A program made the translations under genes and the position numbers. This document shows positions 9,170 through 19,351 of a stretch of 64,000 nt of DNA, in pieces (the stretch's first letter is position 1; every line of letters starts with the position of its first letter). The notes beneath the pieces are model-generated. The model was given only the letters and a program-made list of their open reading frames with translations, did not search any database and was not told the DNA's origin. Origin of the DNA: Actinomycetota bacterium (GTDB lineage: Bacteria; Actinomycetota; Aquicultoria; Aquicultorales; Aquicultoraceae); assembly GCA_014859275.1 (NCBI GenBank), contig JACUUO010000001.1, forward strand, positions 13,865 through 77,864, written 5' to 3'.

Positions 9170-9832
9170 TTATTTCATTGATGATGCGGTCTCCTGAAGT
9201 GTCTTCCAATCCTCGAGGAATTTCTTGATTCCAGTATCTGTAAGCGGATGCTTTACCATTGCTTTTAATATACTATACGGAACTGTTGCTATATCTGCGC
9301 CCGCTAACGCGGATTGGATTACGTGGAGAGGATGCCTAATACTGGCTGATATGATTTCCGTATTGATACCATAAATATCATAGATTGAAACGATGCTGTC
9401 AAGTATTTCAACACCATCATGCCCTATATCATCTAGACGACCGATAAACGGGCTAACATACGCTGCACCGACCTGGGCCGCCAACAGCGCCTGATTAGCG
9501 GAGAAGATGAGGGTCATATTTACTTTAATCCCCTCCGAATTCAGGATTTTAGTTGCTGCAAGCCCCTCTTCCATCATCGGAATTTTTATAACGATATTTG
9601 GAGCGATCGCAGCGAGTTCTCGTCCTTCTTGGACTATTCCATCCCTCGTCAAGCTTACAGCTTCAGCGCTTATTGGACCATCCACAATCGATGCAATCTC
9701 GGCTATCGAGGATTTAAAATCTCCTCCTTCTTTGCTATAGAGCGAAGGATTGGTTGTCACACCGCTAATAATACCAAGAGAATACACCTCTTTTATGTGG
9801 TCAATATTAGCAGTGTCGATAAAGAGTCTCAT
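9170..9832 (-). CDS. fructose-6-phosphate aldolase / short transaldolase (Tal/FsaA subfamily)
   Basis: 220 aa. [29 protein letters not shown] and [13 protein letters not shown] are characteristic of the class I TalC/MipB family. Confidence 0.9.
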   Translation of the reverse strand: MRLFIDTANIDHIKEVYSLGIISGVTTNPSLYSKEGGDFKSSIAEIASIVDGPISAEAVSLTRDGIVQEGRELAAIAPNIVIKIPMMEEGLAATKILNSEGIKVNMTLIFSANQALLAAQVGAAYVSPFIGRLDDIGHDGVEILDSIVSIYDIYGINTEIISASIRHPLHVIQSALAGADIATVPYSILKAMVKHPLTDTGIKKFLEDWKTLQETASSMK

Positions 9833-9850
9833 ATATGCCTCCTGAGAAAG

Positions 9851-10843
9851 TTAAAATTCATCCACCTGGTGTTTTGGAGAAGCGGGTGCTAGGTCTTCCT
9901 GCTTAATAACGGATAGGGCATTCACGCCCTTACCTTCGGGCGGACCTAGCACGTGATCTAAAACCTCCTCTAGAACTGCGGTTATCGTTGTATCGAGGTT
10001 ATGGCTGGAGAGCACCGGTATGCAATATTCTTCTGCTAATTCCTCGATATATTTTCCTATCTTTCTTATCAATTCAAAGTTCTCGCGGTAACGCTCAAAC
10101 GGCCTTAATCCTTCGGTCCGTAACTCCCTGATATAGAAGTGGCTTCGATGCAGATCTTCATCATCGACTGTGATAATCATCGGTACTATAAAGGCTTTTT
10201 CGCACAGGGAACTATTTATAAAACCGGGAACTACATGGGCGCCCTCAATGATGACATTAAGCCCTTCCCTGATAGCTCTATCGATAACAGCCCTTATTCC
10301 AACGGCAACAACCTTGACCTGCTCACAAAATCCAGCAATTAATGGGTCCTCCTCAAGTGATTGGTTAACCGCCTTCCAGGCCAAAAACGTGGACTCGTGA
10401 AGCGCCGGCATCAGGTCTTTGGAAAAGATGGCCCGCATCACCTCTCTAAGTGAATCGGTGGCTACTATGTGTGTAATTCCCAGGCGATGAGCCACCTCTG
10501 TTGCAATTGTCGATTTACCAACGCCGGTCGTTCCGCCGATTAATACCACCATCGGACGGTCTAGATTTAAAAGTGCCTGCCAGCGCACGTATGTATCCGC
10601 GTACCCCTTACCTTCATGTAAGAGGAGTAGCTGGTAGACTACTTCCTTTAATTCATCCACCTTTATAGAGAACCTGCCGCTATCCATCAAATGCTGCTCT
10701 ATCAACCTGGCAATCTTGTAGGAACGGCTTGGTGGAAGCCCGGTCGCCATTAAAGATGAGGACATCAATCCCTTAGAGTAAGGCAAGCCATGCTTATCAT
10801 CGCTTATAATTATCTGACGGCGATTATCGCTACCTTTTATCAA
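9851..10843 (-). CDS. 2-phosphoglycerate kinase (archaeal-type, cDPG pathway)
   Basis: 330 aa. The N-terminal segment LPYSKGLMSSSLMATGLPPSRSYKIARLIEQHL is followed by the P-loop VVLIGGTTGVGKSTIATEVAHRLGI and then ATDSLREVMR. This matches my recollection of the 2PGK family. It overlaps the cDPG synthetase gene by 14 nt. Confidence 0.7.
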   Translation of the reverse strand: MIKGSDNRRQIIISDDKHGLPYSKGLMSSSLMATGLPPSRSYKIARLIEQHLMDSGRFSIKVDELKEVVYQLLLLHEGKGYADTYVRWQALLNLDRPMVVLIGGTTGVGKSTIATEVAHRLGITHIVATDSLREVMRAIFSKDLMPALHESTFLAWKAVNQSLEEDPLIAGFCEQVKVVAVGIRAVIDRAIREGLNVIIEGAHVVPGFINSSLCEKAFIVPMIITVDDEDLHRSHFYIRELRTEGLRPFERYRENFELIRKIGKYIEELAEEYCIPVLSSHNLDTTITAVLEEVLDHVLGPPEGKGVNALSVIKQEDLAPASPKHQVDEF

Positions 10844-12005
10844 CTTTCTTCCGCCTCATAAAATTAGTTCTGGCCCTATCGCCAACCCAGTTAACAAGTT
10901 CTTCAAGCTCTCCGTCTCCCCCGATTGTCACCGGCAAATTATCTAAATATATAACTTCCAGACCGAGATCTAAACCTATACTTGTCACTACATCTACTGC
11001 AGCCGCTTTTAACTCGGTTAAAAGCGTTGTAAAATTACCTTTTGCAGACTCGATCTCCCTTCTTAAAACCTTTCTGTTCGAAAGATTATTGCTTACCCCA
11101 ACTACCTTGGCGCCATACATCTTTTCCAGATGGCCGATAATTTTGCCCTTCATAGAGGCAGGAGAGGTGGTGGTCAAGAAAACCCTCTTATTGGCAATCG
11201 GATGTAATGGCTTCGGTCTGAAGATCGTGTGAACGATTTTAGTTTCCGGCTTAATCTTCCTAACTGCTCTATCAATCCGCTCAATCTTATCCCTATCCGC
11301 TAAAGGAGGCTCGCACATTGAAAGTATGACCAAATCCGATAGCAACACCCTATACGTTCCAAAATAGCCTGCAACATAGTCTATGGGTTGATCGGCCCCG
11401 ACCGTTAATACGTAGGCATCAGCTGATACCGGGGGAAGCGCCGATCCAGACCCCTCAAGAACAACAAAATCCATGTCAAGCTCATTTGCAAGTCTGGCGC
11501 CAGCGGCAACATTCGATACGAATGGTTGCCCTGCGAGGCCGCCGCCACAGCGCCTACAACCTATTGCCGTAATACGGCTCGTTAAAGCATCTTCCAAATA
11601 ATCCGATGCAGCGTGCTTGCCCTCTCGAGCCAGGCGTAAAAGGTATTCGGGGCTTAATTCAATCTTGTCACCAGCAATCACTTCCGGAGCTTGCGGTCCA
11701 CCACGTCCCATAGCGATGACGCCTGGTCTAAAGCCCTCCTCATCTAAACGACGGCAAATAAACCCCGCAAGTGCAGTTTTGCCGACTCTCTTGCCGGTTC
11801 CAATCACGCCAAGCGAAGGTTTTTCGAGAACATCCTGGAAGGCAGGCGGATAGAACCAGAAATCCGCACCGATATACGGTATCCCCTTAGTTAAGACATG
11901 GCTCGCATAGAAAAATCTCTCCGCATATCCGATGACTGGTTCATCGCTTAAATCCACCACCATTTCCGGCTTAAACCTATCGATGGCTACCATTATTCCA
12001 AGCAA
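10830..12005 (-). CDS. cpgS: cyclic 2,3-diphosphoglycerate synthetase (conserved reading frame continues upstream to about 12194 without a canonical start)
   Basis: The track ORF is 391 aa, with GVIGTGKRVGKTA (P-loop like) and AMGRGGP. My translation of 12006-12194 in the same frame gives TRVIVLIDGEHYPPVIKSALEILDKQYNYNVVGAVFVGGLEKISEKGDFDDLGCPIIKESDALLG. This looks like the family N-terminus and would make the protein about 454 aa. Confidence 0.72.
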   Translation of the reverse strand: MLGIMVAIDRFKPEMVVDLSDEPVIGYAERFFYASHVLTKGIPYIGADFWFYPPAFQDVLEKPSLGVIGTGKRVGKTALAGFICRRLDEEGFRPGVIAMGRGGPQAPEVIAGDKIELSPEYLLRLAREGKHAASDYLEDALTSRITAIGCRRCGGGLAGQPFVSNVAAGARLANELDMDFVVLEGSGSALPPVSADAYVLTVGADQPIDYVAGYFGTYRVLLSDLVILSMCEPPLADRDKIERIDRAVRKIKPETKIVHTIFRPKPLHPIANKRVFLTTTSPASMKGKIIGHLEKMYGAKVVGVSNNLSNRKVLRREIESAKGNFTTLLTELKAAAVDVVTSIGLDLGLEVIYLDNLPVTIGGDGELEELVNWVGDRARTNFMRRKKVDKR

Positions 12006-12190
12006 TGCATCAGATTCCTTAATAATTGGGCAGCCAAGGTCATCAAAGTCCCCTTTTTCAGATATCTTTTCAAGGCCCCCAACAAATACCGCCCCAACTA
12101 CATTGTAGTTGTACTGCTTATCCAGAATCTCAAGCGCAGATTTAATGACCGGGGGATAATGTTCACCATCGATTAAAACGATAACCCGGG

Positions 12191-13012
12191 TTATATAAGG
12201 CCACCTCCAGTTACCGATCCTGCCTCAATTCTCTCCCATTTACAGTACTTTCGCTCAGCGCATGAAAAATCGGCTATGAGTTCTTGCGTGCTATACGGAT
12301 ACTTCCTGAAAATCTGCACGCTATCGTTCTCGTCGATCTGTATGATATTGTAGCAAGGTTTTGTTCTTCCCCTCAACCTAAGGCTAGATGCCGTACCGGC
12401 ATTTATAACAACTAGATTTTCCAAATGCCAAACATAAGGTACGTGCTTATGCCCGCAGAGAACAAGATCGACCCCACATTGAATCAGCACTTCTAGGAGA
12501 TCTCCGGCATCGTAAATCATGCTGCGCTCCCGCCCAGTACCGGGTACTGGCAACAGGTGATGATGGAGCGCGAGTATTTTAAAGGAACCATCGCCCCTAA
12601 AAGCTTCTTCTAACCACCCGTACCGCTCTCTACCTATCCTACCATTATCTAAATCAGGTTCACTTGAATCAGTACCGACAACCATAATACGATCAAAAGC
12701 CAGCACTCTATCCCTCTGTCCAAAAAGCTCCTCGAAGTGTACGTACCCGACATTCCTAGAATCGTGATTGCCCGGAACAAAAAGGCGCCTCTCGCATTCC
12801 AGCATCGATAGAAAAGCTTGCGCCGTGGTGTATTCCTGTCTGAAGCCAGCATCGGTTAAATCCCCGGTACAGATCACAATATCCGGTTTTAGCTCATTTA
12901 GCTCTTCAATAGTTCTACTCATCAGATTTGGAATAAAGTATTGCGAGCCAATATGAAGATCGGAGATATGCGCAATGGTTATCGGGACTTCGCCGGCCAT
13001 AGAGCCTTCCAT
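12191..13012 (-). CDS. calcineurin-like metallophosphoesterase
   Basis: Motifs are ISDLHIG, TGDLTDAG, GNHD, HHHL and GHKH. The likely start is MEGSMAGE (13012) or MAGE (13000) rather than the track start at 13090. Its stop overlaps the extended cDPGS frame. Confidence 0.82.
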   Translation of the reverse strand: MEGSMAGEVPITIAHISDLHIGSQYFIPNLMSRTIEELNELKPDIVICTGDLTDAGFRQEYTTAQAFLSMLECERRLFVPGNHDSRNVGYVHFEELFGQRDRVLAFDRIMVVGTDSSEPDLDNGRIGRERYGWLEEAFRGDGSFKILALHHHLLPVPGTGRERSMIYDAGDLLEVLIQCGVDLVLCGHKHVPYVWHLENLVVINAGTASSLRLRGRTKPCYNIIQIDENDSVQIFRKYPYSTQELIADFSCAERKYCKWERIEAGSVTGGGLI

Positions 13013-13438
13013 TCCTTTCAATAATTGTATCACCCACAGGTGAAGTAGCGGATTCCTGGTGAAGGTAACGACCTTATGAGGATAAATCACAAGAAAAGCG
13101 ATTTAGAAATCCCTTCTTGCCTCTACTAGCCTCTCCACAAGCCACCGGATTATTGCAGTAGATACAACTACTAGTATAGAGCACAATAATCCTCGTCAAA
13201 TTCAATTTTAGTCCCTAAGTATTTTACCATCTTAATATCGGCAGAAATAACGATTATCTTTACTACTGGCACGGCGTCACGGAAACTCTCTACCAATATC
13301 AAGAACCCAGTACATTTACGCGTGGGCTCATCGAAATACGGCAGTGTCGCTTGCATAACTCTTTGTTTCTATGTCCCCTTAAAATTCGAATTTACACGCG
13401 GCACACCATAATATACCGTAATCCACATTGCGATGCCA

Positions 13439-13453
13439 CCGTAATAATTACGA
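13439..13453. promoter_or_regulatory. Zur-box-like 7-1-7 palindrome
   Basis: CCGTAATAATTACGA compared with the B. subtilis Zur consensus TCGTAATNATTACGA gives 13 of 14 specified positions. The core CGTAAT-A-ATTACG is a perfect palindrome. It lies in a 600 bp orphan intergenic region. Confidence 0.35.
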
Positions 13454-13623
13454 CTGAATCTAGGAGTAGCTTTTTTCTCAGGGAACTATCTACCGATAAA
13501 TCGATGTCTCAGATTAGCTGGAATAAGCAGATCGGTTAGGTTGAGCTTCCCGGTTCGGAAGAACCGCCAAGTAAGCCCAAGAATGATGGCTCTCCACATT
13601 CTACTAACTCCGGTTTGTCCTCT

Positions 13624-13651
13624 ATTTTACTCGAATCAGCTACTAGGTCAA
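13624..13651 (-). promoter_or_regulatory. sigma-70-like promoter (TTGACC-16-TAAAAT) firing into the orphan intergenic region
   Basis: On the minus strand, TTGACC (13651-13646), a 16 nt spacer, then TAAAT-type -10 TAAAAT (13629-13624). No annotated gene lies within 260 nt downstream. Confidence 0.4.
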
Positions 13652-13707
13652 CTGCTCTTGGTAGTTTTAAGATATAACTTTAGTTACTTATTCTCTAGAA
13701 GGAACTA

Positions 13708-15921
13708 CTACTCTGAAACGACTTTAATATTCCCTGTACTTGAAAGTTTGGAAACTTCAGTAAATGCGCCTTCGCGCCTGAGTAGGATAGAGACCTTGCT
13801 ATCGCCTACCTGTAAGTTATCAAGCTCAACCCTATTCAACCACCTGGGAAGAACCGGGTTCTTGGCATATACGATATTTTTTGAAGCGTCCGGGAAAATT
13901 CCGAGCATCGCCTGAAGCATTAAAAACACACTGCCCGCCGCCCATGCCTGTGGGCTACAGGAGACCGGATAGCTTACCGGCCAATTTGCACCCCTGCGAG
14001 TGAAGCCGCAGAAGAGTTCGGGAAGCCTGTAGTAGGTATGGTGAATTGCCGCGTCGAATAGCGCGCTCGCGAGTATAGTCGCCTCTTCATTGAAACCGTA
14101 TGCCTTCACCCCATATATTATCATCGAATTATCATGTGGCCAGACACTGCCGTTATGATAACTCATCGGATTATAGATTTTAGCGGCCTTGCTAACCGTC
14201 CTTATGCCCCAACCCGAGAACATATCCGGTTGCATTAGCCGATTTACTACCTGCCCGGCCTTACTCTCATCTATTATCCCGCTAAACAAGCACTGACCAA
14301 CATTTGATGTCACTGTAGCAACTTGCTTTTTATTGCCATCGAGAGCCATCGCGAAAAACCCCTCCTCTGATAGCCAGAACGTCTCGTTAAATTTATCTTT
14401 TAGCTCGCTAGCTTGGCATTCTAGCTCTTGCGCGCGCTCATCCTCCCCAATATCCCTGTAGTACCGTGCGATGTCCATTTTTGCCCGGTACAGATACCCC
14501 TGAACCTCACATAGGGCAATCGGTGGCTCTGCTAGCTGACCATCCGCATGGGCTACTGCGTTCCAGGAATCCTTCCATCCCTGGTTTATAAGACCTCTTT
14601 TGGAGTGGCGTTTATATTCAATAAAGAGGTCACCGTCAACATCGCCATAATTATCAATCCAATACAAGCAGAGCTCGATGTTGGGTCTTATCTCTCTCAT
14701 AAACTCCAGATCATTAGTCCACTTATAATACTCTGCAGCAAGAATTAGAAAGAGCGGTGTTGCATCTACGGTGCCGTAGTACGGCGTATGCGGTATCTCC
14801 TTTAAGGTTGCGAGCTCACCCTCCCTAATTTCGTGAAGGATTTTACCTGGCTCTTCATCCTTCCAGTAGTTTACCTCCTTGCCCTGGAATTTGGCGAGAA
14901 ATCTGAGGGTTTCTTTTGCGGGTTTGGTAGTAAGTGAGAGTACCTGAATAGCGGTGGTAAGGCTATCCCTGCCAAACGGCGCCACGTACCATGGCAACCC
15001 GGCATGAAATATCCTCCCTTCTGGGTGGTTTGCAACAAGCGCCCGTATATCACTTATGCCCCTATTCATTACGCTATTGAAAAGCTCATTATCCGTGAAA
15101 ATGCCGGTTATTTGGTCCTCCCAGGCGGCATACGAAGATCTCAGATCCGCGACTGCCGCGTTAAAGACAACCGTTTTCGCCTCACTGGAGCCGATTATCG
15201 GCAGTACATTATAGTTAAAGACTTGCCGTCCACCCGGCTCAATAGTGATACGATGCCGTATTATGGTTCTGTTTAAAACCGTTTCGATTGAATCGGGCTT
15301 GAAGGGAAGGTTTATCTTCGTCTGCCTGAATATGTCATCCTCTCCAAGATAGGCAAAGATCAATTCGTTTTCGATAAGTTTCGGGTAAAGTAGCTTTCCC
15401 CGCTTTTGCCTTCTCATCCCTCTAACCTCGAAGATATCGGCAAAATCGGCATCAAACGCGAAGGCAAGTTCGAGATCTACTGGAAACGGGTTGTAATTCT
15501 TTATCCTGATTCGCTCATGAAGACCTCCAGATATGACTCTGAGGCGCCTTACATTTAAGGTCTCCTGGGGGATTATAAGCCTTTTGCCATCACGAAAATC
15601 CGCATTGGTAAGCTCAATGTGGGCAAGGTAATCTCGCTCTGCAGTTGAGGAGAGCAATATCGGGGTTCGCCCATTGACCATAAACTCGAAATTGCTTAAG
15701 AAACGCGTATCCTTATGGTAGAGCCCTAATCCACTGGTGTTATTTGAAGGAATATTTCCCTCGCTATTGGTAAAGAGAAAGTAATCGCCCTCTTTTATTG
15801 CTAAACGGCGTTCTCTTATATCTACAATGATAAAAGGGATTCCTTCGTTTAATATTCGATTTGTCGCCTCAACTTCGACATAAAACTCTTCACCCTCAGG
15901 ACTTACAATCTTCCGCAACAA
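13708..15921 (-). CDS. amylo-alpha-1,6-glucosidase / glycogen-debranching-enzyme family protein (GDE_N-like plus GDE_C, (alpha/alpha)6 barrel)
   Basis: 737 aa. GLPWYVAPFGRDS, YYGTVDATPLF, GLINQGWKDSWN, CEVQGYLY, SYHNGSVWPHDN and SPQAWAAGS are characteristic of the bacterial/archaeal GDE_C family. Confidence 0.85.
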   Translation of the reverse strand: MLRKIVSPEGEEFYVEVEATNRILNEGIPFIIVDIRERRLAIKEGDYFLFTNSEGNIPSNNTSGLGLYHKDTRFLSNFEFMVNGRTPILLSSTAERDYLAHIELTNADFRDGKRLIIPQETLNVRRLRVISGGLHERIRIKNYNPFPVDLELAFAFDADFADIFEVRGMRRQKRGKLLYPKLIENELIFAYLGEDDIFRQTKINLPFKPDSIETVLNRTIIRHRITIEPGGRQVFNYNVLPIIGSSEAKTVVFNAAVADLRSSYAAWEDQITGIFTDNELFNSVMNRGISDIRALVANHPEGRIFHAGLPWYVAPFGRDSLTTAIQVLSLTTKPAKETLRFLAKFQGKEVNYWKDEEPGKILHEIREGELATLKEIPHTPYYGTVDATPLFLILAAEYYKWTNDLEFMREIRPNIELCLYWIDNYGDVDGDLFIEYKRHSKRGLINQGWKDSWNAVAHADGQLAEPPIALCEVQGYLYRAKMDIARYYRDIGEDERAQELECQASELKDKFNETFWLSEEGFFAMALDGNKKQVATVTSNVGQCLFSGIIDESKAGQVVNRLMQPDMFSGWGIRTVSKAAKIYNPMSYHNGSVWPHDNSMIIYGVKAYGFNEEATILASALFDAAIHHTYYRLPELFCGFTRRGANWPVSYPVSCSPQAWAAGSVFLMLQAMLGIFPDASKNIVYAKNPVLPRWLNRVELDNLQVGDSKVSILLRREGAFTEVSKLSSTGNIKVVSE

Positions 15922-15948
15922 ATCCTCCCGTATAGAAATATCCTTATC

Positions 15949-16875
15949 CTAGATAACTTTATCGATGTCCGCTTGCATGCCGACGACCCGCGCACCTCTA
16001 AGGTCGAATTCCACCGGCTGAATCGTATAACCTTGATTTCGGTCTTTAAGCAACCCCCGAATTTGCTCATAGAATTCTCCCTCACCGGCTTTTTCGACGA
16101 TGCATATCAGGCTTGGGCCGGCACCACTGAGCGCAATACCAACGCCACCCAGACAGCTAACGCCCCGTATCATATCCACTAGCCCCGGTATAAGTGGAGC
16201 TCGATAAGGCTGGTGAAGCTTATCCTCCATAGCCTCCCTAAGTAGGTCGGACCTGCCGGTCAGCAAAGCGGAGACCAACAGGCTGGATCGGCCAATGTTA
16301 AACACGGCATTTGATATTGATATGCTACTTGGTAATACAGCCCTCGCTTTTTCGGTTTCAAGCATGGCGTTTGGAATTAGAAGGACTGGTCTCAGGTTGT
16401 CTGACGGCCTATAGGAGACAGCGTTATAGCTGGAACCAGCCTGATAGCAGATGGTAAAACCACCAAAAATAGCCGGCCCGACATTATCTGGGTGCCCTTC
16501 AATCTTCGTGGCCAAATCGAATACTTCATCTTTTGATAGCTTTGCGCCCGAGATCTCATTTGCCGCCGATATACCACCAACAATTGCCGTTGAGCTGCTA
16601 CCAAGGCCGCGACCAATAGGAACACCGTTCTCAATACCTATACTAAGCCCCTTAAACCTATAGCCAACCTCATCGAAAAGACGTTTTGCAGATATAAAAA
16701 CCAGGTTCTTATCATCCGTGGGAAGGTTTAAGCCACCGCCATGCATTAATTCAATCTCCAGGCCGTTATCAATCTCAGACACTTTAAACCGGTTGTAGAG
16801 ATTTATAGCTATTCCTAAAACATCGAAACCGGGACCTAAGTTTGCCACTGTTGCAGGGACTACTACCTCAACCAA
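15949..16875 (-). CDS. thrB: homoserine kinase
   Basis: 308 aa. It has the GHMP kinase motif PIGRGLGSSS and the N-terminal VPATVANLGPGFD. Confidence 0.93.
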   Translation of the reverse strand: MVEVVVPATVANLGPGFDVLGIAINLYNRFKVSEIDNGLEIELMHGGGLNLPTDDKNLVFISAKRLFDEVGYRFKGLSIGIENGVPIGRGLGSSSTAIVGGISAANEISGAKLSKDEVFDLATKIEGHPDNVGPAIFGGFTICYQAGSSYNAVSYRPSDNLRPVLLIPNAMLETEKARAVLPSSISISNAVFNIGRSSLLVSALLTGRSDLLREAMEDKLHQPYRAPLIPGLVDMIRGVSCLGGVGIALSGAGPSLICIVEKAGEGEFYEQIRGLLKDRNQGYTIQPVEFDLRGARVVGMQADIDKVI

Positions 16876-16977
16876 TCTTTACCTCTTCTGCCAGTCCATT
16901 TTGCTCAATATTGCATGCCAAATTACCGATTGCCTAGTTATTAATCGGATTTTGGCGCCAACGCTTTAAGCCTGATC

Positions 16978-18039
16978 TTATCGATCATGAAATAAAGCGA
17001 TTACTCTCTCTACGGCGGGTAAGGTCGCTTCAGCCTCAACCAGCTTTCCGCCTGTTTTTATCGCGGTATCTGGGTCCTTCAGGCCATGCCCGGTAAGAAC
17101 GCAGACAACCATTGATCCTCTAGCAACCCTGCCCTCGTTCACCATCTTTATTAAACCGGCTACAGATGCTGCTGATGCCGGCTCTGCAAATACTCCTTCA
17201 GTAGAGGCGATAAGCTTATATGCTTCAAGTATCTCCTCATCGGTTACCATATCAATGAAGCCGCCTGAATCCTGGGAGGCAGATACCGCCTCCTGCCACC
17301 TGGCCGGGTTACCGATTCTTATAGCGGTCGCAATTGTCTCGGGATGGTCAACCGGGTGGCCGAGGACGATCGGGGCCGCGCCAGCCGCCTGAAATCCGAT
17401 CATCTTTGGCAACCTATCGATCTTACCGGCCGCGGCATAATCCTTAAAGCCTCTCCAGTAGGCGGTGATGTTTCCGGCGTTACCCACCGGGATAGAAAGG
17501 TAATCCGGGGGGTCGCCAAGAACGTCACAGATTTCAAAAGCCGCCGTCTTCTGGCCCTCAATCCGGTAGGGATTGAGCGAGTTTACCAGGGTCATCGGGT
17601 GTTCTTCGGCGAGCTCTCTTACAATTTTCAAGGCTGCATCGAAATTACTCCTTATCGTAACTACGACCGCTCCATGCATGAGGGCCTGGGAAAGCTTGCC
17701 CATGGCAATCTTTCCCTCTGGTATAAGTACTATGCATTTTACCCCGGCCCTAGCGGCATAAGCCGCTGCCGAGGCACTCGTATTGCCTGTCGAAGCACAT
17801 ATTACGGCCCTCGATCCTTCCTCTAAGGCCTTGCTTATCGCAACCGTCATACCCCTATCTTTAAAGGAGCCGGTGGGATTCAATCCTTCATATTTAAAGT
17901 AGACATTGCAATCAACCTGCTCGCTTAATTTAACTGAACGAATAAGGGGTGTATTACCCTCAAGAAGCGTACAAATCGGTGTTTCATCAGTTAAAGGCAG
18001 AAAATCAGAATATTCCGCAAGCAATCCATACCAAGCCAT
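16978..18039 (-). CDS. thrC: threonine synthase
   Basis: 353 aa. It has the PLP lysine motif [10 protein letters not shown], plus [16 protein letters not shown] and GNAGN. Confidence 0.95.
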   Translation of the reverse strand: MAWYGLLAEYSDFLPLTDETPICTLLEGNTPLIRSVKLSEQVDCNVYFKYEGLNPTGSFKDRGMTVAISKALEEGSRAVICASTGNTSASAAAYAARAGVKCIVLIPEGKIAMGKLSQALMHGAVVVTIRSNFDAALKIVRELAEEHPMTLVNSLNPYRIEGQKTAAFEICDVLGDPPDYLSIPVGNAGNITAYWRGFKDYAAAGKIDRLPKMIGFQAAGAAPIVLGHPVDHPETIATAIRIGNPARWQEAVSASQDSGGFIDMVTDEEILEAYKLIASTEGVFAEPASAASVAGLIKMVNEGRVARGSMVVCVLTGHGLKDPDTAIKTGGKLVEAEATLPAVERVIALFHDR

Positions 18040-18041
18040 CT

Positions 18042-19325
18042 TTAACCTTCCACTCTTATAACATTACATATTTTATTTACAACATCGAGCTGTCCAATTT
18101 TTTTAAGAGATTCACGCAGGTTTCGCTCCTTTACCGCGTAAAAGACAAATACAAGCTCGGCGCAACCCCCATACGTATTCTTCTGAATAACGCTCTCGAT
18201 ACTTACGTTATCTTCACCAAAGACTTGTGCAATTTTGGCAAGAACCCCGGGTCTATCTACTGCATCAAGCCTCATATAATAGCGCGAGTCAATCTCGTCA
18301 ATCGCCTTTACCTCTTTATGTTCAAAGCAGCTGCAGCCCGTACTGCCCATCTTCTTAAGTTTTATATTTAATACCACTTCGAAAATGTCTCCAACGATGG
18401 CGCTTGCTGCAGGTAAGCTGCCAGCGCCGGGTCCGTAGAACATAACTTCACCGACCGCATCGCCCTCGACAAAGATGGCGTTCATAACCCCGGAAACCGA
18501 GGCTAATGGGTGACTGGCCGGAATCATTGCTGGGTGAACCCTTACATCTACCCCGCACTCATCTTCCTTTGCCAGGGCAATAAGCTTAATCGCATAGCCC
18601 ATTTCAAGAGCATAAGCGATATCTTCAGGCGCAATATCCATGATGCCCTCGGCATAAACCTGCTCCGCAGTAACCCTGCTGTTAAAAGCAATAGAAGCAA
18701 GTATTGCGATCTTAGCGGCCGCATCATGGCCCTCGATATCGGCGGTCGGGTCAGCCTCGGCAAACCCTTGAGATTGTGCCTCCTTAAGAGCTTTATCAAG
18801 GGGCATACCCTCTTCAGCCATCTTAGTAAGTACATAATTAGTTGTGCCATTTACTATACCCATGACGCGCTGGATCGCATTTCCCGCGAGACAGTACTTA
18901 AGCGGCCTTATAATCGGTATTCCACCACCAACACTTGCTTCAAAAAATAGATCGACGCCTTTGCTTTCCGCCAATTCAAGCAGGGAACCACCTCGGCTTG
19001 CCATCAGGGCTTTATTTGCGGTTACTACATGCTTACCGTTTTCCAGGGCCTTTTTGATAAACGAGTAGGCGGGTTCAATGCCACCGATAACTTCAACAAC
19101 TATATCGATATCGGGGTGGTTAATAACCTCATAAGCATCGGTAGTTACAAGTTCGACCGGAATCCTATCCTTAAGAAGCTCAGGATATTTCTCTGCCACT
19201 AATATAACCTTGATATCAGTTCTTGCACGCTGCGAAAGCTTACTAGCTTTTGTGGTTAGGATATGGTAGACACCCGATCCTACCGTTCCAAAACCGATAA
19301 TTCCAATACCGATCTGTTCTTTCAT
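18042..19325 (-). CDS. hom: homoserine dehydrogenase (with C-terminal ACT domain)
   Basis: 427 aa. It has a GFGTVG Rossmann motif, [14 protein letters not shown] and an ACT-like tail. Confidence 0.95.
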   Translation of the reverse strand: MKEQIGIGIIGFGTVGSGVYHILTTKASKLSQRARTDIKVILVAEKYPELLKDRIPVELVTTDAYEVINHPDIDIVVEVIGGIEPAYSFIKKALENGKHVVTANKALMASRGGSLLELAESKGVDLFFEASVGGGIPIIRPLKYCLAGNAIQRVMGIVNGTTNYVLTKMAEEGMPLDKALKEAQSQGFAEADPTADIEGHDAAAKIAILASIAFNSRVTAEQVYAEGIMDIAPEDIAYALEMGYAIKLIALAKEDECGVDVRVHPAMIPASHPLASVSGVMNAIFVEGDAVGEVMFYGPGAGSLPAASAIVGDIFEVVLNIKLKKMGSTGCSCFEHKEVKAIDEIDSRYYMRLDAVDRPGVLAKIAQVFGEDNVSIESVIQKNTYGGCAELVFVFYAVKERNLRESLKKIGQLDVVNKICNVIRVEG

Positions 19326-19351
19326 GTCTTTACCAATCCTTCTATTAGCAA

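Noticed and set aside
13171-13356. 61 aa minus-strand ORF as a real gene
   Set aside because: The SD is poor and I recognise no family resemblance. It is kept only as part of the orphan-region finding rather than as a feature.
13480-13540. TPP-riboswitch-like string (AACCUAACCGAUCUGCUUAUUCCAGCUAAUCUGAGA on the minus strand)
   Set aside because: There is superficial similarity to ACCUGAUCUGGAUAAUGCCAGCG and CUGAGA, but the elements are in the wrong order and the P1/P2 context is missing. It is probably coincidental.
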